Positions 27,741 through 37,500 of a stretch of DNA of 64,000 nucleotides are shown in pieces. A program made the translations under genes and the position numbers. Every line of letters starts with the position of its first letter. Within the stretch, counting starts at the first letter, position 1. This stretch comes from Bacteroidales bacterium. Lineage in GTDB: Bacteria; Bacteroidota; Bacteroidia; Bacteroidales; WCHB1-69. Where the stretch lies: positions 7,778-71,777 of the forward strand of contig JAZSKB010000038.1 in assembly GCA_045534635.1 (NCBI GenBank), read 5' to 3'. The notes beneath the pieces are model-generated. The model had not been told where the DNA came from. It worked only from the letters and a program-made list of their open reading frames with translations, and did not search any database.

Positions 27741-27774
27741 AATTACGACTCAAAAGGAATTTTGAGTCGTAATT
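27741..27774. terminator. Strong hairpin between convergent genes (probably a bidirectional terminator).
   Basis: AATTACGACTCAAAA (27741-27755) / TTTTGAGTCGTAATT (27760-27774), a perfect 15-bp stem with loop GGAA. Confidence 0.55.
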
Positions 27775-27859
27775 GCTTATTTAAACTTATTTAAAGAATG
27801 AAACGTATTATTCAAAAATGAAGATTAAAGGTAACAAAAGCATTAAATAAAAAAAGATG

Positions 27860-28135
27860 CTATTCTTCTTCTGTTTTTTCTGCTTTATCAGCGGCTTTGC
27901 CAGTAGCTTCGGTTACTATTATGTTACGACCCTGAACTTCTGTTCCGTTTAACATTTCAATAGCCTTGCGACCGTTTTCTTCTTCCATTTCAACAAATCC
28001 ATAACCTTTACTTCTTCTATTGACTTTGTTGATAATTACTCTCGCTGCTGTTACTTCTCCATAGGGTTTGAACAACTCTTCTAAATCTTTTCCTTTTCTT
28101 AATGCAAAAGGAAGGTTTCCAATAAAAATATTCAT
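27860..28135 (-). CDS. RRM-type RNA-binding protein.
   Basis: RNP-2 is IFIGNL and RNP-1 is KGYGFVEM. The -7 box is at 28162-28169 (minus strand TACCTTTG). Confidence 0.9.
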   Translation of the reverse strand: MNIFIGNLPFALRKGKDLEELFKPYGEVTAARVIINKVNRRSKGYGFVEMEEENGRKAIEMLNGTEVQGRNIIVTEATGKAADKAEKTEEE

Positions 28136-28208
28136 CTTTTTATTATTTTTTAAGTGATATGCAAAGGTAACATTTTTTTTTATAAAAATAAAAAAAATGA
28201 TTATTTTT

Positions 28209-28790
28209 TTACAGACGTTGTTCTATTTCGTTCCAATTGATTATTTGCCAAAGTGCTTTCAAATGGTCTGCTCTACGATTTTGATAATCAATATAATACG
28301 CGTGTTCCCATACATCAAAAGTTAGAAGGGGTTTCAAACCTTTTTGTATAGGATTGGAAGCGTTGGTTTCTTGAGTAATAATCAATTTTTCATTTGTGTC
28401 AACAGAAAGCCATACCCAACCAGAGCCGAACAGAGTAACACCTTTATTGACAAATTCTGTTTGAAATGCTTCAAAAGAACCAAATTGTTCAATGAACATT
28501 TTTTCAAGTCGTTTTGTTGGTTTGTTATTTGTTTTTGGGGCTTGAAATTGAGCAAAATAGAGATTATGATTCAATATTTGTCCAGCATTGTTAAGCATAC
28601 CTGCTTCGGCTTTCATTACAATATCATGCAAAGTCATATTTGCAAAAGGTGTTCCTTCTATTGAAGAAATTAAATTATTAACGTAAGTTTGTAAGTGTTT
28701 GCCATAGTGGAAATTAATGGTTTGCTCGGAAATAATAGGTTCTAACGCTTTTGTAGAATAAGGCAAGGTAATTGATTTTAGTGTATTCAT
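28209..28790 (-). CDS. sod: Fe/Mn superoxide dismutase.
   Basis: MNTLKSITLPYSTKALEPIISEQTINFHYGKHLQTYV...DVWEHAYYIDYQNRR. The start is set at 28790, because the 78-codon upstream extension in the ORF track is F/K/N-rich AT-tract translation. Confidence 0.9.
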   Translation of the reverse strand: MNTLKSITLPYSTKALEPIISEQTINFHYGKHLQTYVNNLISSIEGTPFANMTLHDIVMKAEAGMLNNAGQILNHNLYFAQFQAPKTNNKPTKRLEKMFIEQFGSFEAFQTEFVNKGVTLFGSGWVWLSVDTNEKLIITQETNASNPIQKGLKPLLTFDVWEHAYYIDYQNRRADHLKALWQIINWNEIEQRL

Positions 28791-28815
28791 AATATTAAGT
28801 TTTAAAGTTATTTTG

Positions 28816-28823
28816 CAAAAGTA
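28816..28823 (-). promoter_or_regulatory. -7 box (TACTTTTG on the minus strand) for sod.
   Basis: The plus strand reads CAAAAGTA, 26 nt upstream of the 28790 ATG and inside the rejected N-terminal extension. Confidence 0.5.
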
Positions 28824-29011
28824 GTTTTTTTTTAGAAATAAAAAAGAAAAAAAATTTTTTTTTATAAAAAAATGAATACTATTTTTTGAAAATCTAAATT
28901 TTTGTAAAAAAAAATTATACATTTGCAAGTTGAAATAAAGAAAGTTTTTTTTAAGAAAATTTAGATAAAAATAGTTAAAGAATAAAAAAGTAAAACTAAT
29001 AAAAAGTAAGT

Positions 29012-29686
29012 ATGAAAGGTCCAAAGTACATTATTATTCAGGGAGTTCTAATTTTAGGTATTATTGTGGTTTCTGTATTGATATATCGTTCTATAATGCG
29101 ACCACAGAAGTTTAACAATATTTACGAAGCAAGAAAAGCAGAAGTAGTTGTTAAATTAAAGGATATTCGTTCATTGCAAGCCTATTACAAAACAGAAAAA
29201 GGTTCTTATGCTCAATCTTTTGAACAATTGCGTGATTTTTGGAATAATGGAACAATGACAGTAGTTGTCAAAGAAGGCAACGTTCCAGATACGCTAACAG
29301 AGGCAGAGGCTTTGAAAATAGGTATCATCAAAAGGGATACTGTTATTGTAAACGCAAAAACCGAAATGTTGAAAACTTTACCAGATTTGGATATTGATAA
29401 GTTTGACATTATCCCATTTTCTGATGGTGAACGTTTCCATATAGCAGCAGATACCATCAAACGTTCAAATATTCCTGTATGTGTTTACGAAGTAAGAGCA
29501 GAGAAAAAACAATATTTGAAAAATTTGGACAATGACCCACGCGTAAAAAATGCTTTTATGGGAACATTGCTTTATTCTGGTTTGCAAGAGGAATTTTTAG
29601 GTCCAAATTTTGATTTTAAAGACAATATCAAAGATATTATATTAGGTTCTCTTACAGAGCCTTCCACAGACGGTAATTGGGAATAA
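29012..29686 (+). CDS. Membrane-anchored hypothetical protein.
   Basis: Single N-terminal TM helix (YIIIQGVLILGIIVVSVLIY). A TACATTTG box lies at 28918-28925. Confidence 0.6.
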   Translation: MKGPKYIIIQGVLILGIIVVSVLIYRSIMRPQKFNNIYEARKAEVVVKLKDIRSLQAYYKTEKGSYAQSFEQLRDFWNNGTMTVVVKEGNVPDTLTEAEALKIGIIKRDTVIVNAKTEMLKTLPDLDIDKFDIIPFSDGERFHIAADTIKRSNIPVCVYEVRAEKKQYLKNLDNDPRVKNAFMGTLLYSGLQEEFLGPNFDFKDNIKDIILGSLTEPSTDGNWE

Positions 29687-29687
29687 T

Positions 29688-30485
29688 ATGCCAAATGTTT
29701 CTTCTAATTTGCTATACGAGTACACAGCAATAAAAACTGACCAAAAACCAACAAAGAAAATAATTCGTTTGTCGGTAGATAGTTTTTGTATTGCTTTGCT
29801 TTGTCAAGAGCAAATTTTAACATTGAAACATTATGGTTTTATGTCTCAACAAATGTCTTTTGCAGAAAAAATCAATGCCATTCTTGCTGTTGATGAGCAG
29901 TACAATGGCATTGATGATTTTATTTTTTCTTATCATACCTATGCCAATATACAAATTCCTCAAAAAGTATATACTTCGCAAATGTGTTTACCTGCAATGC
30001 AATTGTTGCTCAATGAGGCAGATAAATATGAATTTATAGAAGAAAATGTAGTAAATTTTGATTTGGTAAATGTTTCTGCATGGGAAAAAGATTTATTATC
30101 TACTATCAAAGAAGTTTTTCCAAATTATAAATTACAATCGCTTTCTTCTACATTGTTACATTTGCTTTATTCGCTCAAAGGCAATACTTTGCTTTTTATT
30201 GATAGCAACAAATTAACAATATTGGCAAAAAAAGGAAATAATTTATTGGGAATGAATACTTTTATGTTTCAAAATGAAACCGATGCTTGTTATTATACGT
30301 TGGCTTTTTTGCGTAAAATGTTTGTAAATATATCGGAAGTAGAATTGTTTTTATGTGGCAATTTTAGTCATTCTTCTCCAATATATACAGCATTGCAACG
30401 ATATTTTCCGAATATGCAATCTTGGCAATCTTCTCAAAAAATATTTGATTTGGAATATCGTTATTGTGATATATTAACATATTGA
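29688..30485 (+). CDS. DUF3822-like protein.
   Basis: N-terminal IRLSVDSFCIAL motif and its position immediately upstream of rsmD. Both are recalled as typical of Bacteroidota DUF3822. Confidence 0.5.
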   Translation: MPNVSSNLLYEYTAIKTDQKPTKKIIRLSVDSFCIALLCQEQILTLKHYGFMSQQMSFAEKINAILAVDEQYNGIDDFIFSYHTYANIQIPQKVYTSQMCLPAMQLLLNEADKYEFIEENVVNFDLVNVSAWEKDLLSTIKEVFPNYKLQSLSSTLLHLLYSLKGNTLLFIDSNKLTILAKKGNNLLGMNTFMFQNETDACYYTLAFLRKMFVNISEVELFLCGNFSHSSPIYTALQRYFPNMQSWQSSQKIFDLEYRYCDILTY

Positions 30486-31027
30486 TTATGAGAATTATTA
30501 GTGGAAATCGGAGAGGAAAAAAAATTGTTGCTCCTAAAAATTTACCGGTGCGACCAACAACCGATTTTGCCAAAGAAAGTTTGTTTAATATTTTAAACAA
30601 TTATTTCAATTTAGATGCAATTCGTGTTTTAGATTTATTTGCAGGAACAGGAAATATAAGTTATGAATTTGCCGCAAGAGGAGCAGAAAATGTTGTTTCT
30701 ATAGATAATTCGGAGGCTTGTACCAATTTCATTAGAAGAACTGCTAATAGTCTTCAATTTGACAATATCAATGTTTTTAATGTTGATGCGGTTGCATTTT
30801 TAAAGACTTGTAAAATGCAATTTAATGTTATTTTTGCAGACCCTCCGTACGATTGGAATGGTTATCATTCTATTCCTGAATTGGTTTTCAACAATAATTT
30901 GTTGTTGCCTGATGGTTTTTTGGTGATAGAACATTCTGAACAAATTTCGTTCAAAGATTATCAAAAATTTTATCAACAGCGAAACTATGGAAAAGTTAAT
31001 TTTTCCATATTTGCAGAAAATTTGTAG
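30482..31027 (+). CDS. rsmD: 16S rRNA (guanine966-N2)-methyltransferase RsmD.
   Basis: MRIISGNRRGKKI..P....RPTTDFAKESLFNIL, the SAM motif DLFAGTGNIS, and DPPY. Confidence 0.9.
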   Translation: MIMRIISGNRRGKKIVAPKNLPVRPTTDFAKESLFNILNNYFNLDAIRVLDLFAGTGNISYEFAARGAENVVSIDNSEACTNFIRRTANSLQFDNINVFNVDAVAFLKTCKMQFNVIFADPPYDWNGYHSIPELVFNNNLLLPDGFLVIEHSEQISFKDYQKFYQQRNYGKVNFSIFAENL

Positions 31028-31030
31028 AGT

Positions 31031-31900
31031 ATGATTAAATCAATGACAGGCTTTGGTAGCGTAGTTTGCCGTTATGGCAATCGCTCTTACAATATAGAAA
31101 TTCGGTCTATAAATTCCAAATCTTTGGATATTAATACAAAAATACCTGCTGAATTTAAAGAAAAAGAATTGGAGATTCGTACAAAAATAGCCCAATTGTT
31201 GGAAAGAGGAAAAATTGATGTTGTTTTTACAATGGAACAAGGTTTTGATACTTCCATTACCTTAGATGCCAATGCGGTAAAAATACATTATACTGAACTA
31301 AAGGAAATTGCAGATTCTCTGAACATTAAATACCATGATTCAGAACTTTTTTCTATGGCTTTGCATATTGGTGATGCATTGATTCCTAAAAAAGATGTTT
31401 TTTCGGAAGAAGATTATCTTAATGTATTGAAGCATATCGAAATCGCTTGTTTATCAGTAAACAAAAGCAGAATTGAAGAAGGCAAAGCATTGGAAAAAGA
31501 TTTTATTTTACGGATATCTCTTATTGAAAAATATTTAGAACAAATCGAACCAATAGAATCTATTAGAATCAATAATATTAAAGAACGTTTGCAAAAACAA
31601 TTGGCAGCAATTGATGTCAATTTCGACCAAAATCGTTTTGAACAAGAATTGATATTTTATCTTGAAAAATTTGATTTCACTGAAGAAAAAATTCGGTTAC
31701 GAAAACATTGCAATTATTTCAAAGAAACAATGACCGAAGAAATTCAAAATGGGAAAAAATTGGCTTTTATTTCTCAAGAAATTGGACGAGAAATCAATAC
31801 TTTAGGTTCTAAAGCCTCTGATGCAGAAATTCAAAAATTGGTAGTGCAAATGAAAGATGAGTTAGAAAAAATTAAAGAACAATTGGCTAATGTTTTATAA
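31031..31900 (+). CDS. yicC: YicC-family stress-induced protein/endoribonuclease.
   Basis: N-terminal SMTGFG and the C-terminal EIGREINTLGSKA motif. Confidence 0.9.
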   Translation: MIKSMTGFGSVVCRYGNRSYNIEIRSINSKSLDINTKIPAEFKEKELEIRTKIAQLLERGKIDVVFTMEQGFDTSITLDANAVKIHYTELKEIADSLNIKYHDSELFSMALHIGDALIPKKDVFSEEDYLNVLKHIEIACLSVNKSRIEEGKALEKDFILRISLIEKYLEQIEPIESIRINNIKERLQKQLAAIDVNFDQNRFEQELIFYLEKFDFTEEKIRLRKHCNYFKETMTEEIQNGKKLAFISQEIGREINTLGSKASDAEIQKLVVQMKDELEKIKEQLANVL

Positions 31901-32900
31901 AAAATCGAGTTTTGCGATAGCGTTTGTTTTATTTTTGTTCGTTTTCAATGCTGTTTTTGCTCAAGATTTGGATTCGTTGAATAATAAAAAAAATGTGAAA
32001 AGCATTCATGCCCAGATGCTAATTCCCTCCAATATTGTACAAAAAAAAGGAAAAATTATCTCATTTGATACCATTGCTCTAAAAGAAAACATTATTTATT
32101 ATTACGATACAATGGGTAATCTTCTTTCTGATTTTCGTTATTCAAAAGATGGAAAACCTATAGAAGGTTACAATTATACTTATAATGCTAAAAATCAACT
32201 ATTAGAAAAACGGCGAACTTTCAATCAAACATTATATGGCGGGAAAACTATCTATTCATATAAAAACAACGGAACTCTTTTGTATTCAACTATTTATGAT
32301 GCTGATAACAATGTATATCGTTATATAGGATATGTTTATGAAGACAATCGTTTAATTAAAGAAGAAATTTTCAATTCGGCAAGAATCGTTATTGCTAATC
32401 AAGAATTTAAATATGATGAAAATGGACGTATAATAGAATTCATTAATAATGACTTTTATAAAAAAGATAAAAATTATTCTTATAAACAATTTTACAAAGA
32501 TAGTTTGTTGATACGAAAAGAATATTTTGGAGCAGATGGAGAATTGCTTCTATTCTGGATATATCTTTACGATGAAAAAAATCGTTTGATAGAAGAAAAA
32601 CAATACGATTATGAAGAAACTATGCTTACCGCAGAATACAAAACCTACGATAAAATAGGAAATATGATTGTAAATCATCGAATTGATACTCAAATTTCCA
32701 AACGAATGAAAATGGTTTATACATATTGGTCAGATGGTAACTACAAATCTTTGAAAGTTTATATTGATGATTCTAAACGACCACAATACTACAAAGAATG
32801 TTTTTACGATGAACGTGGCAATTGGATTTTATGGAAAGAAAGCGATAATAACAAGAAAATTATTGCTATTGGTTGTCGTTCTATTGAATATTTTGACTAA
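31890..32900 (+). CDS. Secreted protein built from YD/Rhs-like beta-hairpin repeats.
   Basis: Signal peptide FAIAFVLFLFVFNAVFAQ. Repeated Y.YD..G.L / Y.Y..N.L units (YYYDTMGNLL, YTYNAKNQLL, FKYDENGRII, YLYDEKNRLI). It overlaps the yicC stop by 11 nt. Confidence 0.6.
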   Translation: MFYKKSSFAIAFVLFLFVFNAVFAQDLDSLNNKKNVKSIHAQMLIPSNIVQKKGKIISFDTIALKENIIYYYDTMGNLLSDFRYSKDGKPIEGYNYTYNAKNQLLEKRRTFNQTLYGGKTIYSYKNNGTLLYSTIYDADNNVYRYIGYVYEDNRLIKEEIFNSARIVIANQEFKYDENGRIIEFINNDFYKKDKNYSYKQFYKDSLLIRKEYFGADGELLLFWIYLYDEKNRLIEEKQYDYEETMLTAEYKTYDKIGNMIVNHRIDTQISKRMKMVYTYWSDGNYKSLKVYIDDSKRPQYYKECFYDERGNWILWKESDNNKKIIAIGCRSIEYFD

Positions 32901-33021
32901 TTTTTCCATAGAATAACAGATTTTTTAATTTTTAACTAGTTTTTAATAAAGATTTTACAACTAAAAATGACGGTTGATAAATTTTTTTTGAAAAAATTGT
33001 CAATGGTATGTTTTTTTTTTA

Positions 33022-33029
33022 TACTTTTG
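33022..33029 (+). promoter_or_regulatory. -7 box TACTTTTG for tRNA-Cys.
   Basis: It lies 13 nt upstream of the tRNA 5' end. Confidence 0.5.
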
Positions 33030-33042
33030 CAAATCATTAGAA

Positions 33043-33113
33043 GGTACCATGGCCGAGGGGCTAGGCAGAAGTCTGCAAAACTTTCTACGGCGGTTCGAAT
33101 CCGTCTGGTACCT
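33043..33113 (+). tRNA. tRNA-Cys (anticodon GCA).
   Basis: Hand-folded cloverleaf. Acceptor GGTACCA/TGGTACC. D-arm GCC-GAGGGGCTA-GGC. Anticodon arm GAAGT-CTGCAAA-ACTTT. T-arm GGCGG-TTCGAAT-CCGTC. Discriminator T. CCA is not encoded. Confidence 0.9.
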
Positions 33114-33147
33114 CTGGGGAATATGGTAAGTGATACTTACTAAAAAA

Positions 33148-33176
33148 AGAGACTGAGTTTCAGTCTCTTTTTTTTA
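33148..33176. terminator. Bidirectional terminator between tRNA-Cys and rsmE.
   Basis: AGAGACTG / CAGTCTCT stem with loop AGTTT, flanked by an A-run on one side and a T-run on the other. Confidence 0.7.
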
Positions 33177-33887
33177 TTGATTGACCATTGCTGTTACTGC
33201 ACAAGTAAACATTGCTGCTGTTTCTGTGCGTAATCGCATGGAACCCAAGGTTATTGGCAAAAAACCTTTTGCAAGAGCAAGATTAACTTCTCTTTCTGAA
33301 AAATCACCCTCTGGTCCTATTAAAACTAAAGCCTTTCCATTTTTTTGAAGTGCATCTTTTAATAATATTTTGGGTTGTGAAGTTTCTCCACAATAGGCTA
33401 TCAATTTGGTACAATTTTCATTATCGTATTGGGATAGCAAATTCTCAAAAGGAATATTGCTTTCAAAAGTTGGCAAAAAAGTTCTTAACGATTGTTTCAT
33501 TGCGGCTACCATTACACGTTTTATCCGTTCTGTTTTTAAAAAAGCACGTTCTGAATTTTCACATGTAATTGTATATATGTTGCTTACGCCTATTTCTACC
33601 GCTTTTTCAGCAAACCATTCCATACGTTCGGTATTTTTGGTTGGGGCTACTGCTATGTCCAAACTATATGATAATTTACCATAATCAACTATCTCTTCCA
33701 ATATCGATACTTGACAATATTTTATATCTGCAGTAAGAATTTTTGCTTTGTACAAAATACCTTTACCATTGGTTAAAAATATTTCATCGCCAACTTTAAG
33801 TCGCAAGGATTTTAAACAATGAATTGCTTCTTCTTGTGGTAATACATATTGATTACCAATTATTTCTGGTGCATAAAACAACAACAT
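33174..33887 (-). CDS. rsmE: 16S rRNA (uracil1498-N3)-methyltransferase RsmE.
   Basis: MLLFYAP..., LIGPEGDFSEREV and LGSMRLRTETA motifs. Confidence 0.9.
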   Translation of the reverse strand: MLLFYAPEIIGNQYVLPQEEAIHCLKSLRLKVGDEIFLTNGKGILYKAKILTADIKYCQVSILEEIVDYGKLSYSLDIAVAPTKNTERMEWFAEKAVEIGVSNIYTITCENSERAFLKTERIKRVMVAAMKQSLRTFLPTFESNIPFENLLSQYDNENCTKLIAYCGETSQPKILLKDALQKNGKALVLIGPEGDFSEREVNLALAKGFLPITLGSMRLRTETAAMFTCAVTAMVNQ

Positions 33888-34094
33888 CTTTTTTTTGCAA
33901 AGGTAACATTTTTTTATAAAACAATAAAAATTACCATCCTATTCTGCTGGATTATAAATTCAGCAACTCAACGCAGGCGGATTGCAAATCCTCCTGAACG
34001 ATAATTCGGTAGAAAAAAAATAATCTAAAAATTAAAAATGTATTATATTTTTTTATACTTTTGCATTTTAAAAGTATAAATTAAAAAATACTAT

Positions 34095-34102
34095 TATCTT
34101 TG
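34095..34102 (+). promoter_or_regulatory. -7 box TATCTTTG heading the Rhs locus.
   Basis: It lies 35 nt upstream of the ATG at 34137. Confidence 0.45.
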
Positions 34103-34136
34103 TAAAAAAAAATATTGCATTTAAATCAACAAGAGT

Positions 34137-34588
34137 ATGAAAAGAATAATTTTTACAATCATCGGTAGTACATTTTTTCTACAAGCCCATTCGCAGACGG
34201 TATTACCGAGAGAATACGAATACGACAATGCTGGCAATCGTATAGTAAGAAAGGTTATCACATTGTCTTCTATTCAAAATGAAGACAATAATACTGTTGA
34301 CAAACAAGAAGAAAATACAGCATTTACTATCAAGATAATCTTTCGGATATGGATATTTTAATTTATCCGAGTGCGACAAGTTCAGAAGTTAAAATTGTTG
34401 TACAAAATGGTAATAATGAGATAAAAGGACAAGCACAAGTTTACAACTCATTAGGAGTGAAAGTTTTTGAAAAAAACATATTTGGAGAGATTACCCAACT
34501 CAATTTCAATGAATTATCAAAAGGAATTTATTATATAGTTTTACAAATCAACGGAAAAGAAACACAATGGAAAATTATAAAAAAATAA
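34137..34588 (+). pseudogene. Frameshifted small secreted protein: signal peptide + single YD repeat + T9SS C-terminal sorting domain.
   Basis: ORF 34137..34361 carries the signal peptide and YEYDNAGNRIVRK. The second frame is open from 34301 and encodes DILIYPSATSSEVKIVV...GIYYIVLQINGKETQWKIIKK (CTD). The two frames differ by -1, which is consistent with a 1-nt deletion or slippage within 34301-34361. Confidence 0.65.
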
Positions 34589-37500
34589 GTAAAAAATACA
34601 TTCTTGTATTATTTTGTATTTCAAGTATTTTAAGTATTCAGGGACAATCATTTGTAGGAACACAAATAGAGGTAAACAACACCGACCAAGGCGGATTACA
34701 ATGTCGGATACCATTGTCTTTGCCTTCTGGAGGAGCGGGATTAACCCCAGAATTGTCAATTGTTTACAATAGTCAATCACATAGTGGTATTATTGGTAAT
34801 GGTTGGGATTTAGGTGGTTTGTCGGCAATAGTTCGCACTCCCAAAAACCTATATTACGATGGAAAAATTTCGGCTATCACTTTAGATACTTTCGACAGAT
34901 TTTCGTTAGATGGTCAACGTTTGCTTGTCACCAATAAAAAACAATATGGAAACGAAAGTTGTATTTACGGAACAGAAGAAGAAAGTTTTGTAAGAATTAC
35001 TTCCAAAAATTATAGTTACCATGTACCACAATATTTTATAGCAACAATGGACAATGGCAACGTTGCAAGATACCAAGCCTCTGAAATGAATGCCAAATTA
35101 CATTGGTACATAGATAGTTTAGCCGATAAAAATGGCAATTACATTCGTTATCATTTCAAATCAGAAAACAACTTTTTACGAATAGATTCCATTGCTTATA
35201 CGGGCAATCATTTTGCGGGAATAAAACCATACAATAAAATAGAATTCTTATACGATACTTGCCTCAATTTCAACAACATACGTTATGTTGCTCAAATGGA
35301 AATTATTCAAAGATTTCTTTTAAAAGAAATTGTTGTCAAAAGTCAAGGCGAAATTGTTCGCAGGTATCAACTTAAATATGAAAACTTTAACAATTCATTT
35401 CCGCGTTTGATTCAAGTATTAGAAATAGGAAGCGACAATAAACCTTTTAAACCAATAAAATTAGAATATCTTTATAATAATTCAGAATTTCAACAATGGG
35501 AAGATGAAGGATTTAAAATCACCTCACCAGTACAACGGCTTATGTGTGGTAATTTTTATAGTAGCGACACTACAACATTTATTCGAGCAAGATTGTACGA
35601 AGGCAAAATTCTCTACGGCGATAAAAACGAAAAAGGCGGTATTATTGGACCATGGAGACATCCTGCTGGAGGCAATTATTTAGCGGTAACATTCAATGCT
35701 TTTACTTGTGATATTGATGCCAATCATTCCGATGAAATTTTGTTTAATGTCGCCATTAGCACAAAAAATAATTCTATTTACGACAAAGGAATGGTTTATT
35801 GGTGTCGATATGAGAACAATGGAGGAAAATACCAATGGACTGCCCGACAACTTCAAGAAAATACAAATCCTAACCAAGTTGTTTTTGGTAATTTCGATGA
35901 TAATCCTCTACTTGATTATATTTTTGTTAAAGATGGTAAATTATACGTACATCCTAATTTTTGTGATAGTAGATATACGGCAAGTGCTACCACTATATCC
36001 ATCAGTGAATATGAAAAATTAGAATCTGTGGACATCAATGGTGATGGTGTTTTAGAATTGATGGTCATTCCCCCTTCAAATGGAGGACGCGTTTATAAAA
36101 ATGCCAATTCTGTAAATATTAATTTTCAGATTTTAAATTGTAATATTCCTAATCTTTTTTTTAATCGAGACTATAGGTTTCATGTTTACTTTGGTGATGT
36201 CAATGGTGATGGTATTTCTGATATGATAAGACCTCTTCCAAAAAGAAACTGGATACCAGAAGACACTATTTTTTGGAGTGTCAATCTTGGAACGGGAAAT
36301 GGATTTTCTTCTGTTGTATATTCCTCTTCTATAAGATTTTACCCAACTCATTCAGAATCAACATCTTTACAATTGCTTGACCTCAACGGAGACGGTTGCG
36401 ATGATTTTATTGTTGGCTCTGATATTAAGGGACTTAACTCTTATACTGCCATTTCTGCATATATCAGCAATAGTTTTTGCCTTACTAATATGATGTTACG
36501 AGAATTTCACACTACACAAATTATGAACTCTACTTTCAATCTTATTGCCAAAGATAATATGATGAATGTACCTTATTGTTACACAGATATTAATAACGAT
36601 GGCATTGTTGATTTTACTTGTGTTCACTATAAAGAAGGACATCTTATCGGTGTTATTTCCAAAAAATATCCAATGACTTTACTCAATAAAATTACGGATA
36701 CTTGGGGAAATATTTACACCATTACTTATGAACACAAAAATCTCAGACCTGCTTTTAATGGAAAAGTCAACAAAATTCATCACGGACAAAAAACAAATGT
36801 CGTTTTGCTCAAAAATATCAAACTAACAAAAAATGACGAAGCGAAAACCATTATCTTTAATAAACATTTCACTTACAATTCTTCTGTTTATAACTATAAT
36901 AAACGTGCATTTTTAGGTTTTCTTAATATTCAAACGATAGATACTATACAAGCATACCAAGAAATTTCTACTTACGAATACAATTCTTCTTTTCAACGAG
37001 TTTTACCAAAAACATACAGAAAAACGGCTATTGCTTCGGAAAACATTCTCAATAACAATATTATACACAATTACACTTATACTAATGCAATTCAAGGGCT
37101 TACCAATGGATTGACAAAAACATATCAATCGGCTATCAATCTAATAGATAATGGAATAAGTAAAACAATGACGACTTCTATTGATATTTCTTCTGGAAGA
37201 ATTTCAAAAACAACTTCTGCGTACAATGGACAATGGAAAGAAGAAACTTCTTTTACATACGGAGAAGCCGCACTTGCTGACGGTAGAAAATTGACAAAAG
37301 TTGTTCAAGAAAGACATTGGAAACAAATCGCAAACACATTGGAAAACAATTATTTAAAAGACACAACCTTTTATATTTACAACAATGGTGACCCTATTGT
37401 TGTACAAACTCGACAAGATGGACAAATGTTCACCACACGTTTCGATTACGATTTTACTTTTGGCGTATTAAAAAGCAAATCTATCGGTTCTACTACGTCA

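Noticed and set aside
28791-29024. N-terminal 78-codon extension of the superoxide dismutase ORF.
   Set aside because: It translates poly-A/T tracts into F/K/N repeats. It contains the sod -7 box and the divergent promoter of the 29012 gene. SOD homology begins at the Met at 28790.
33975-33995. Possible second tRNA-Cys gene (loop TTGCAAA, anticodon GCA).
   Set aside because: Only the anticodon-arm-like hairpin is present. I could not find an acceptor stem, D-arm or TΨC arm (no GTTCGAATC-type loop) in the flanks. It is kept only as a possible relic or RNA structure in the findings.
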